Both the position numbers and the translations under genes were made by a program. 64,000 nt of DNA, from assembly GCA_013387205.1 (NCBI GenBank), contig WARV01000008.1:64136-128135 (forward strand). The letters run 5' to 3'. Shown here piece by piece: positions 51,146-60,295 of the stretch (position 1 is its first letter; each line of letters begins with the position of its first letter). The DNA comes from Patescibacteria group bacterium. GTDB lineage: Bacteria > Patescibacteriota > Doudnabacteria > UBA920. Below the pieces are notes generated by a model. It saw nothing but the letters and a program-made list of their open reading frames with translations, had not been told where the DNA came from and did not search any database.

Positions 51146-51192
51146 CCTCTCGCGTGACAGGCGAGTGCTCTAACCAATTGAGCTACGCCCCC
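51116..51192 (-). tRNA. tRNA-Asp(GTC)
   Basis: Cloverleaf, loop CTGTCAC, encoded CCA. Confidence 0.93.
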
Positions 51193-51278
51193 AAATATTA
51201 AGTTCTAAATCCTAATTTCTAAACTCTAAATATTGCTAAAGGATATGGCCAAAGGCCAGACGAAGCTTTAGCGAAGTC

Positions 51279-51355
51279 TGGTGCCGGAGGGTGGAATTGC
51301 ACCGCCGACCTTGGGCTTATGAGTCCCACGCTCTAACTAACTGAGCTACTCCGGC
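51279..51355 (-). tRNA. tRNA-CAT (elongator Met or Ile2)
   Basis: GCCGGAG...CTCCGGC-ACCA; loop CTCATAA. Confidence 0.85.
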
Positions 51356-51465
51356 TTATTGCTGTTTAAACTAAAACCCTCCGGACAGAGGGTAAAAATC
51401 TGTCACGATTTTCAGGTTTTTAACCTAGTCAGTTTTCCATATCCATAATTGATGAAAAACTAGCT

Positions 51466-51541
51466 TGGTTGCGGGACCCGGACTCGAACCGGGAACCTCA
51501 AGGTTATGAGCCTTGCGAGCTGCCAATTGCTCTATCCCGCG
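51466..51541 (-). tRNA. Initiator tRNA-fMet(CAT)
   Basis: C1:A72 mismatch; CGCGGGA...TCCCGCA-ACCA. Confidence 0.88.
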
Positions 51542-51722
51542 ATAATAACTGATATATTATAATATACAATTAAAAATTAATCAAATCCACATTTCACAAT
51601 TCAAACAAAGCCGGGTCTTTACTGCCAAATATTTGTCAACAAATGCGTAAAATTGATATAATAATAACAACAATATACTAGACGGTTTTAACGTCTTATC
51701 TAATAGAAATAACAAATAAAAC

Positions 51723-52757
51723 ATGATAAATACAATACTTTATGTGGTATCAGCGGTGCTCTTTGCAGGTATGGCTGTTTTGGCATATCTTTTGATAGAC
51801 TTAAAAAAGCAAGCAGAGAAACCTCAAGATGATAACAGCCTAAAGGTAATGATGGAATGGATGAAAGAGATTAAAAGCGGCACGGACAAAACCCGCGATT
51901 CCATGCAGCAGAGCATTAACGAAACGAATAAAGCCATTAACGAAAGATTGGATAATGCGGCAAGAGTGATTGCGGGACTTCAGGGCAAACTAGGAGAAAT
52001 GACTCAAATTGGACCGGATATTCGCAGATTGTCGGAAGTCTTAGCCAGCCCAAAAGCCCGCGGTAATTTTGGAGAAGAAATGCTGGAAAGCTTGCTTGCG
52101 GAAACTTTGCCGAAATCAGTTTATGGCATACAGTATAAATTCAAAAATGGCGAGACCGTAGACGCTTACGTATCCATCGATAATAAAATTTTGCCCATCG
52201 ACAGCAAATTCAGCATGGAAAATTTCAGGATGTTTAAAGAAGCTAAAGACGACGATACTGCGGAGACTTTGAAAAAAGCGTTCCTTAAAGACGTAAAAAA
52301 GCGCATAGACGAAATTCATAAAAAATATATTTTGCCGCAAGAGAACACTTTTGACTTTGCCTTAATGTATGTGCCAAGCGAAGGAGTTTATAGCGAGATT
52401 GTGGAATCTTTGGAAACCATGGCATATTGCCGCAAACAAAACGTCATCCCGGTAAGTCCTAACACTTTATTTGCATACATGCGCATTGTTATTGTGTCTT
52501 TGCGCGGCCAGCAAATAAATGATGCAGCTCAAGAAATTATGAAGATGATTTCCGGTATAAAACAGGAAAGCGAAAAATTCGGGCGGAATTTGGAAATTTT
52601 AGGAAAACATATAGTAAACGCAGGCAGCGCTTACACAACTGTCGGCAACGATTTCGCCAAACTCAAAACCAGCATAACAAACGCTGCCACATTACAGCTC
52701 AAAGAAGCTCCAGAGGCCAAAGAAACGGTTATAGAAACACAAAAATTATTAGATTAA
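51723..52757 (+). CDS. rmuC: DNA recombination protein RmuC
   Basis: PKARGNFGE, IDSKF and FALMYVPSEG motifs. Confidence 0.9.
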   Translation: MINTILYVVSAVLFAGMAVLAYLLIDLKKQAEKPQDDNSLKVMMEWMKEIKSGTDKTRDSMQQSINETNKAINERLDNAARVIAGLQGKLGEMTQIGPDIRRLSEVLASPKARGNFGEEMLESLLAETLPKSVYGIQYKFKNGETVDAYVSIDNKILPIDSKFSMENFRMFKEAKDDDTAETLKKAFLKDVKKRIDEIHKKYILPQENTFDFALMYVPSEGVYSEIVESLETMAYCRKQNVIPVSPNTLFAYMRIVIVSLRGQQINDAAQEIMKMISGIKQESEKFGRNLEILGKHIVNAGSAYTTVGNDFAKLKTSITNAATLQLKEAPEAKETVIETQKLLD

Positions 52758-52786
52758 ACTATGCGTGTTGGTATTTTCATAAGATT

Positions 52787-53263
52787 ATGAAAAAAAACGA
52801 CAAAATTAGCATTACCGGATTTACATTAATTGAGTTGCTGGTAGTAATAGCTATTGTAGGCCTGCTTGCATCAGTGCTCCTTATGACCTTGAACAACGCA
52901 AGGATAAAAGCCAGAGACGTAAAAAGAAAGTCCGACGCTGCTCAGCTCGCAAAAGCACTGGCTTTATATTACGACAGTAACCAGTCAAAATACCCCTTAG
53001 GGCCCATATCTACCGTTAACGGCGATTGGCCGGCGGCTTTCAAGCAGCAGATGGAGCCATTCGTTTCGGCGTTGCCAAAAGATCCTCTTGCCAATAATTT
53101 AAACAGATTTTATGAAATACTGCTCTGGCCTTCGAGTATATGCAAAGACCATTATGTGATTCTTGTAGTACTGGAAGACGCGGCAAATATGAGCCCTTCT
53201 GACAATACATGCGATTATCCGACTAATTTTGGCTGGGTATTTCAGGACTTGGGCGCTCCTTAA
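52787..53263 (+). CDS. Type IV pilin-like protein
   Basis: GFTLIELLVVIAIVGLL prepilin motif. Confidence 0.9.
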   Translation: MKKNDKISITGFTLIELLVVIAIVGLLASVLLMTLNNARIKARDVKRKSDAAQLAKALALYYDSNQSKYPLGPISTVNGDWPAAFKQQMEPFVSALPKDPLANNLNRFYEILLWPSSICKDHYVILVVLEDAANMSPSDNTCDYPTNFGWVFQDLGAP

Positions 53264-53586
53264 AATAGCCCATGCGCTGCACTGCCTCATTTGGTGGCAA
53301 TGTTTTAAATTGGTATAATAATTTCAGCCATTTTGCCGCGAAATCCGTCTTAACTATCAAAAATAAACCCCGCACAACCTGATTTATCTATTTTTACAGC
53401 AATAAATATCAACAAAGAAGATTACTATCAAACACAAAGATATTTAAAAATACTTAATTTAAAGTTAGGATTAATAATTAATTTTCAAAGCTTATATTTA
53501 AAACCTCAAAGGGTGATAAATTTTTTAAAAATTAATTTTCCGAAGTTATTTCGCAGATTCGAATAATTTCGAAGTTTCGAACCATT

Positions 53587-54105
53587 ATGCCAATTAGAAA
53601 TCCTGACCAAAGAGTCGGAGTGTTCGTGGATGTGCAGAATTTATATTATTCTGCACGCAATATTTACAACGCCAGGGTAAAATTTAATGAAGTTTTAAAC
53701 GAGGCCGTGGCAGGGCGCAAACTTATCCGCGCTATTGCCTATGTCGTGGAAGCCAACATGCCGGAAGAGCACACGTTTTTTGAGGCTTTGGAAAAGGCTG
53801 GCTTTGAAGTTAAAAGAAAAGAACTGCAAACCTTTGCCGGCGGCCACCAAAAAGGCGATTGGGACGTAGGGATAGCTATGGACATCGTAAAGTTAATGAA
53901 TAAACTGGATGTCGTGGTGTTGTGTAGCGGCGATGGCGATTATGTTCCACTTTTGGAATACATGCAAATGTCCGGGCAATTTACGGAAACCTTAGCATTT
54001 GGCAAATCGTGCAGCGGAAAAATTAAAGAGCTGACCGATTATTTCATTGACCTTGATGAAAACCCCAGAAAATTCTTAATGCCAATTCGTAACGGAAGGA
54101 AATAA
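53587..54105 (+). CDS. NYN domain (LabA/DUF88) protein
   Basis: FVDVQN, KGDWDV and SGDGDY motifs. Confidence 0.88.
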   Translation: MPIRNPDQRVGVFVDVQNLYYSARNIYNARVKFNEVLNEAVAGRKLIRAIAYVVEANMPEEHTFFEALEKAGFEVKRKELQTFAGGHQKGDWDVGIAMDIVKLMNKLDVVVLCSGDGDYVPLLEYMQMSGQFTETLAFGKSCSGKIKELTDYFIDLDENPRKFLMPIRNGRK

Positions 54106-54135
54106 ACCGACCCTAAAATTTACATGTTTGTTAGC

Positions 54136-54579
54136 CCTCTTCTCCTAGCCAGGAGAAGAGATGGAGATGAGGTCGAAACATGACAACAGACCCAAATTTT
54201 GTAAAACTATCCAGGCAGTTAAGAAAAAACCAGACACCTTGGGAAAAGAAATTATGGATGCACTTAAAGGGCAGTAAGTTTTATGGTTATAAGTTTAAAA
54301 GGCAGACAGTAATCGGCTCATTTATTTATGACTTTAGCTGCTTTGAAAAGAAGCTTCTAATTGAGCTAGATGGTTCCCAACATACAAATGATGAGATAAA
54401 GCATAAAGACCAGGCAAAAGAAGACTTTGCCAGAAAGCTAGGCTATCAGATACTAAGATTTTACAATTACGATATTGCTAATAACCTCGAAGGTGTATTA
54501 GAAAAAATAGAATTAACAATCAACCGCTAGTTCGACCTCATCCGGCCTGCGGCCACCTTCTCCTTGCCAGGAGAAGAGG
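54136..54579. mobile_element. DUF559 cassette bounded by inverted palindromic arms
   Basis: CCTCTTCTCCTAGCCAGGAGAAGAG...GATGAGGTCGAA / TTCGACCTCATC...TTCTCCTTGCCAGGAGAAGAGG. Confidence 0.75.
54180..54530 (+). CDS. DUF559 (Vsr-like) endonuclease domain protein
   Basis: LRKNQTPWEKKLW, FKRQ, IELDGSQH and ILRF motifs. Confidence 0.88.
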   Translation: MTTDPNFVKLSRQLRKNQTPWEKKLWMHLKGSKFYGYKFKRQTVIGSFIYDFSCFEKKLLIELDGSQHTNDEIKHKDQAKEDFARKLGYQILRFYNYDIANNLEGVLEKIELTINR

Positions 54580-54587
54580 AAAAATAC

Positions 54588-55037
54588 ATGAAAATTGTTT
54601 TAGACACAAATGTCCTGATTAACGGATTTAAAGATGATTACTCCTTTGAAAAACGCATCATAGACGAGGTTTTGGAAGGAAAGTTACAGGCCTATGCCAA
54701 CAGGCAAACATTGCGTGAAAATAGGCTAATTTCCTCGCAATTGATAGATAACGACGAATACAGGCACCAATTAGACGATTTATTTAGCAAAATCCATTGG
54801 GTTGTTAACCGTAGGCAAATTCATGTAGTTGACGATCCTGAAGATAACAAAATATTGGAAAGTGCTGTTGAAGCCGAAGCGGATTATTTAATTACCAGCG
54901 ATAACGACTTGCTAAAACTAAAAGCATATCAAGACATAGAAATAGTAACCCCATCCCAGTTTTGGTCCAAATACAAAGACGAAGGCAATGACTTATGGAA
55001 GCAATGGACAAACTTCATTAGAAATGACAAAAATTAA
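54588..55037 (+). CDS. PIN-domain protein (putative TA toxin)
   Basis: IVLDTNVL, DDPEDNKILE and ITSDNDLL motifs. Confidence 0.85.
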   Translation: MKIVLDTNVLINGFKDDYSFEKRIIDEVLEGKLQAYANRQTLRENRLISSQLIDNDEYRHQLDDLFSKIHWVVNRRQIHVVDDPEDNKILESAVEAEADYLITSDNDLLKLKAYQDIEIVTPSQFWSKYKDEGNDLWKQWTNFIRNDKN

Positions 55038-55069
55038 AAAAATGACAAAATTGACAAAAATAATCAAAA

Positions 55070-55457
55070 ATGGAAAAAGACTTTAAAAATTGGTTACATA
55101 AAAAAGAAAATATACACAACTGCAAATCCTAGGCCTTATTATCACGAACGGGAAATCTGGTATTGTTCTTTTGGTATAAATGTCGGTTTTGAGCAAGACG
55201 GCAAAGGAGAAGATTGTTTCAGGCCCGTTTTAATATTTAGAAAATTCAATAATGAAATTTTTTGGGCAGCACCGTTAACATCGGCGCTCAAGAATTCACC
55301 ATACTATCAAATTATAAAGTTTAGCGATAGGCAAAGTTCAGTAATTTTATCACAAATTCGTTTGATTGACGCAAAAAGATTGGGCTATAAAATTGGCACT
55401 TTGGATAAAAACCAATTTTCTGAAACAATAAAAAACCTCAAAGCATTACTGCCTTGA
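55070..55457 (+). pseudogene. Frameshifted PemK/MazF-family toxin
   Basis: MEKDFKNW... stops at 55130; +1 frame continues REIWYCSFGINVGFEQDGKG...RPVLI...PLTS...SQIRLIDAKRL. Confidence 0.8.
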
Positions 55458-55530
55458 GCTTTGCAATTTTAACCCCCGCCGAAGCGGGGTCGGGCCGAAG
55501 CCATTTAGTAACTATATTGTACACCCTTTT

Positions 55531-58500
55531 ATGACGTTTGTCAAGAATAGCGACTTACTTGAAAATTTAAACAAAGAACAAAAAGAGGCTGTTGTTCATA
55601 AAGATGGGCCGCTTTTGATTGTGGCTGGGGCAGGCACGGGTAAAACCACAGTAATCACCAGAAAAATCGCGCACTTAATTGAACAAGGCCAGGCCAAGCC
55701 TGATGAAATTTTAGCTTTGACTTTTACGGAAAAAGCTGCCGGGGAAATGCAGGAACGCGTGGATATTTTATTGCCTTTGGGCTATCACGACTTGTGGATT
55801 TCTACTTTTCATAGCTTTTGCCAAAGAATTTTGGAGCAGCATGGCTTGGATATTGGCCTTCCGGGCGATTTTAAAATACTAACCGACGTCCAACAATGGG
55901 TAATGGTGCATAATAATTTGAATAAGTTTAATCTTGATTATTATAGGCCCCTGGGCAACCCCAAAAAATTCATTTCTGCGCTTTTAAAACATTTTTCCAA
56001 ATGCAAAGACGAGCTGATTACTCCTGGAGAATATTTAAATCATGCTGAAAGCCTGAGGCTTGGGACTGATCAACCTTCGAAAAAGAAAAGTAAAAATGTA
56101 GGGGCGGATCTCATCCGCCCTAAAATCGGGAAGGTAAGATCTTCCCCTACAACTACTGCATTAATCGAACAACCTGTTGCAACTGAAGACATGGATGAAA
56201 CTGAAATCTTCAGGCTGGAAGAAGTAGCCAATGCTTACCACACTTACCAAAAAATGCTTTTGGACGGCAATTTCCTGGATTTTGCGGATTTGATAAATTA
56301 TACTTTGGAACTGTTTAAAAAGCGCCCTAAGATCCTCGAGTATTACCAAAACAAGTTCAAATATATTTTGGTGGATGAATTCCAGGATACCAATTACGCC
56401 CAGTACCAGCTGGTAAAAATGCTGTCTGGCAACAATGGAAATTTAACCGTGGTTGGCGATGACGACCAGTCCATATATAAGTTCCGCGGCGCCAGCGTCT
56501 CCAATATCTTAAAATTCCAAGAAGATTACCCCAAACTAAAACAAATTACCTTGGTGGAAAATTACCGGAGCAGCCAGGAAATTTTGGATTTGGCTTATAA
56601 TTTTATCCAATTAAACAATCCGGACAGGCTGGAAGTTAAATTAAAAATCGACAAGAGGTTAAAATCTTCAAATAAAACGGATGCGGTAATTCAAGTTTTA
56701 GAAGGCAAGGATTTAAGCGACGAACTGAATTCTGTCGCAAAAAAAATCTTAGAATTGAAGGAAAACAATAAGGATTCGACTTGGAACGATTTTGCCGTTT
56801 TAATCCGCAGCAACTCCGCGGCAGACGAATTATTACCCATACTTTCTTCATACAACATCCCGCATACCTTTGTTGCCAATACCGGGCTTTACAAAAAGCC
56901 GCTAATCGCCAGCTTAATAGCTTATATCAAGCTTTTGGATAATTTCCACGATTCATTCAGCCTTTACAGGGTGCTATGTTTTGCTGATTTTGGGATTAAG
57001 CCTGATGAAATTTCCACAATGCTGGAAAACTCAGCCAAAAAAACCTTGTCTTTGTATGAAATTTTGCAGGTAGCGGATTTAGACCCATCCTTGAGTAGCG
57101 AGACTAAAGCAAGCATAAAAAAGTTTGTTTCTTTCCTGCATAAGCATGCCGATTTGGCGCAAAGCAAATCCGCAACCGAATGCTTTGTCGACATTGTCTC
57201 AGACCTGCATTTGCAAAAAAAACTCCAGGCGCAGAATTTGGAAAACGCGGAAAACCGCGAACTGCTCGAACAATTTTACAAAAAAATAGAAAATTTCACA
57301 CAGGAAAGCGCAGACAAAAGCATTCATTATTTTATCCATCTGCTGGATTTGGAAATGGAGGCAGGGGACGAAGGACAGATAAAATTCGACCCGAACCTGG
57401 GCCCGGAAAGCCTTAAGGTTTTAACTGTGCACGCGGCCAAAGGATTGGAATTTTCCCATGTATTTATTATCAATATGGTTGACCAAAGGTTTCCGACCAG
57501 AGCCAGGAAGGATTCCATAGAAATTCCGACAAGTTTGGTTAAAGACATTTTGCCGGAAGGGGACTTCCACTTACAGGAAGAGCGCAGGTTATTTTACGTT
57601 TCACTAACCCGCGCTAAAACGAATTTATATTTAAGCTGGGCCAAAGATTATGGCGGAAAAACCTTAAAAAAACCCTCGCAATTTTTAGTTGAAGCTAAGC
57701 TGGTGCCAAGCGAAAAAGTATCCGCCGCCACAGGAAAAGTCATTTTCACCAAACCCGCGCCGCAAAAGATAGTTTTCCAGCAGCTGCCAAACAGTTTTTC
57801 TTTTTCCAAAATCAAAGCATTTAAAAATTGCCCGCTTGAATATAAATATAGATATTATTTGAAATTCCCTACCAAGGGCAATCGGTATTTAAGCTTTGGA
57901 CAAACCATCCATTTAACCTTTGAACAATTTTTAAAGGATTATTTAAAAAGGCTGAATTCCAAGCAGCAGGATTTATTTGGAAATACGCCCGGCAAAATTG
58001 AAATTGGAAGCCGTGAATTTTTAGAGCAGCTTTACCATCAAAATTGGATTGACGAATGGTACCAAAGCAAATCGCAAAAAGAAATGTACAGGAAGAGAGG
58101 ATTAAAGATGCTCAGGACATTTTACGATTACGCTTCGCAAAATATTCCAGCGCCAAAATTCATTGAGCAGAGCTTTAATATGAAAATTGACAAGTATTTC
58201 TTTAACGGCAAAATCGACAGGGCAGACCTGCTCCAGGACGGCAGGATAATGATTTTGGACTATAAAACAAGCGAAAAAGTGCCAAAAAAAACAGACAAAG
58301 ACGACTTAGACCAACTGTATATTTACCAATGGGCGGCTCAGGAGCACCTGAATGAAAAGGTGGGCGGTTTGGCTTATTGGTATTTGGACGAAAATAAATT
58401 TGTCCAGGAAGAAGTGGCGCCTGAAGAAAAAATCGCAAAACTTAAAAACGATCTTTTAGAAACCATTGAAAAGATTATATACACAATAAAGTACGATTTA

Positions 58501-58560
58501 TTTAAACAAGAACACGATAAGCTGCACGACCATCATTGCGAATTTGAAAACCTAGAATAG
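55531..58560 (+). CDS. UvrD/PcrA-like helicase fused to a PD-(D/E)XK nuclease
   Basis: AGAGTGKT, DEFQD, HAAKGLE, EERRLFYV; C-terminal GKIDR...LDYKT. Confidence 0.9.
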   Translation: MTFVKNSDLLENLNKEQKEAVVHKDGPLLIVAGAGTGKTTVITRKIAHLIEQGQAKPDEILALTFTEKAAGEMQERVDILLPLGYHDLWISTFHSFCQRILEQHGLDIGLPGDFKILTDVQQWVMVHNNLNKFNLDYYRPLGNPKKFISALLKHFSKCKDELITPGEYLNHAESLRLGTDQPSKKKSKNVGADLIRPKIGKVRSSPTTTALIEQPVATEDMDETEIFRLEEVANAYHTYQKMLLDGNFLDFADLINYTLELFKKRPKILEYYQNKFKYILVDEFQDTNYAQYQLVKMLSGNNGNLTVVGDDDQSIYKFRGASVSNILKFQEDYPKLKQITLVENYRSSQEILDLAYNFIQLNNPDRLEVKLKIDKRLKSSNKTDAVIQVLEGKDLSDELNSVAKKILELKENNKDSTWNDFAVLIRSNSAADELLPILSSYNIPHTFVANTGLYKKPLIASLIAYIKLLDNFHDSFSLYRVLCFADFGIKPDEISTMLENSAKKTLSLYEILQVADLDPSLSSETKASIKKFVSFLHKHADLAQSKSATECFVDIVSDLHLQKKLQAQNLENAENRELLEQFYKKIENFTQESADKSIHYFIHLLDLEMEAGDEGQIKFDPNLGPESLKVLTVHAAKGLEFSHVFIINMVDQRFPTRARKDSIEIPTSLVKDILPEGDFHLQEERRLFYVSLTRAKTNLYLSWAKDYGGKTLKKPSQFLVEAKLVPSEKVSAATGKVIFTKPAPQKIVFQQLPNSFSFSKIKAFKNCPLEYKYRYYLKFPTKGNRYLSFGQTIHLTFEQFLKDYLKRLNSKQQDLFGNTPGKIEIGSREFLEQLYHQNWIDEWYQSKSQKEMYRKRGLKMLRTFYDYASQNIPAPKFIEQSFNMKIDKYFFNGKIDRADLLQDGRIMILDYKTSEKVPKKTDKDDLDQLYIYQWAAQEHLNEKVGGLAYWYLDENKFVQEEVAPEEKIAKLKNDLLETIEKIIYTIKYDLFKQEHDKLHDHHCEFENLE

Positions 58561-58564
58561 CTCT

Positions 58565-58700
58565 CTACTAAATACTAATTCTTCTACTAAATACGAAATA
58601 ATACTAAAGATACTAAATCTAATATCAGTAATGATATCAATTAAGGTGGTTTTAAGGCTTTTAGTATATTTAGTACTTTTAGTATTTAGTAGAAGGTAGA
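58565..58700. repeat. Periodic-arm palindrome, family A variant (TACTAAA/TTTAGTA)
   Basis: Repeated TACTAAA units followed by TTTAGTA units. Confidence 0.75.
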
Positions 58701-58717
58701 AGTATGGTATAATAAAT

Positions 58718-59092
58718 ATGTTGAAATCTCCAAAACAACAAGTTGCTTACATAATTATCAGCACGCTCTTGGCGGGTTTTTCACTGGGATCAATAATCAA
58801 TTTTACCGATCCCTTTACTGCCAGCAAGATAACCCACGGTTTCTTTTATCTGAGTTTGTTCATTTTTAGTTTAGGAATTTTCACGACAATCGGCCTGCTA
58901 ATAAGGAAATGGTTTAACCCGGCCCTGTTCGTGATAAATTTAAACAATAGCTTCAGGCAGGCTCTGCTGATTTCACTTTTAATCATCGCATCCTTCTTAT
59001 TACTGGCAAACAAGCTGTTGTTTTGGTGGGTTGAGGCAAGCTTAGCGCTATTTTTGATATTTTTAGAGGCATTCTTAAATCTTAAAGTCTGA
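58718..59092 (+). CDS. Four-TM hypothetical membrane protein
   Basis: 124 aa, hydrophobic; TGGTATAAT upstream. Confidence 0.7.
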   Translation: MLKSPKQQVAYIIISTLLAGFSLGSIINFTDPFTASKITHGFFYLSLFIFSLGIFTTIGLLIRKWFNPALFVINLNNSFRQALLISLLIIASFLLLANKLLFWWVEASLALFLIFLEAFLNLKV

Positions 59093-59097
59093 TAACA

Positions 59098-59184
59098 TAA
59101 TCCGAATTATCCGAATCTTATCCAAATGACCCGAAAAGGGAACCGTTTGGGGCATTCGGATAGTAATTCGGGGCATTAGGATTA
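59098..59184. repeat. Periodic-arm palindrome, family C
   Basis: Near copy of 40016-40104. Confidence 0.85.
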
Positions 59185-59189
59185 TTTTA

Positions 59190-60179
59190 ATGATCAACAT
59201 TGACCAAATCAAGCAATCTTTCGAGCAGGATATAAAAGCTATCACTGATGTTGAGAGTTTGAAAGTTAAGTATCTGGGTAGAAAGCAGGGGCTTTTAACT
59301 TTGGCTTTTAAAGAACTGGTAAATTTAGACCAGGCCCAAAGGCAAAAACTAGGCCCTTTGTTAAATTCTTTGAAAAAGGAAATTGAAAACGCAATATTAA
59401 ATTTGGAAAAACAATCTGCGTCAAGTTCAGAAAAAGCCGATTTAACAGTACCTCCAATTTCTGAAATGACCGGGATGCTGCACCCCTTAAGCAAAACCCA
59501 AAAAGACCTGGAAGATATCTTTCTTTCCTTGGGCTTTACGGTTGAAAACGGCCCTGAAATAGAAAGCGATTATAATAATTTCGTTGCTTTAAACTTTCCA
59601 GATGACCATCCGGCGCGCGACATGCAAGATACTTTTTACATAAAAGGGCCCGAGACCAAAGACCCGCATAAAAAATTGGTAATGCGTACGCATACTTCGC
59701 CCGTGCAAGTCAGGTTCATGAAAACCCACAAACCGCCGTTTGCCATTATTGTTCCCGGAACTGTTTATAGGAACGAGGCTACAGATGTCACCCACGAATA
59801 CACGCTTACCCAACTGGAAGGCTTGGTCGTAGGGGAAGATGTGAATTTCGCGAACATGGTCTGGACGCTGGATTACGTCTTAAAAAAGTATTTCGGGTCT
59901 GATATAAAAACAAAAATTTTGCCGACATATTTCCCGTTCGTAGAACCGGGAGCTGAATTGGCAATGTCCAGCCCGCGTTTTAAGGATGGAAAATGGGTGG
60001 AAATGCTGGGCTGCGGCATGGTCCATCAAAATGTTTTCAAGCACGCCGGCTACCAGACGGGTAAATACCAGGGATTCGCCTTTGGTTTTGGCACCATGAG
60101 ATTCCCTTTAATGAAGCATGGAATTCCTGACATCAGGCTGCTTCATGAAAATAATTTGCAATTTTTAAGCCAATTCTAA
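59190..60179 (+). CDS. pheS: Phenylalanine-tRNA ligase alpha subunit
   Basis: HPARDMQDTF, RTHTS, FPFVEP and GFAFG motifs. Confidence 0.95.
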   Translation: MINIDQIKQSFEQDIKAITDVESLKVKYLGRKQGLLTLAFKELVNLDQAQRQKLGPLLNSLKKEIENAILNLEKQSASSSEKADLTVPPISEMTGMLHPLSKTQKDLEDIFLSLGFTVENGPEIESDYNNFVALNFPDDHPARDMQDTFYIKGPETKDPHKKLVMRTHTSPVQVRFMKTHKPPFAIIVPGTVYRNEATDVTHEYTLTQLEGLVVGEDVNFANMVWTLDYVLKKYFGSDIKTKILPTYFPFVEPGAELAMSSPRFKDGKWVEMLGCGMVHQNVFKHAGYQTGKYQGFAFGFGTMRFPLMKHGIPDIRLLHENNLQFLSQF

Positions 60180-60295
60180 GAGCCGCGGAAAAATCGCGGA
60201 TAGCAACGCCCCAAAGGGGCCGCTTTGTGGCTGATAAAACGCTGAAATAAATCAATATAGTTTTAAATAGTATTAATTTTAAATACGTTCATTCT

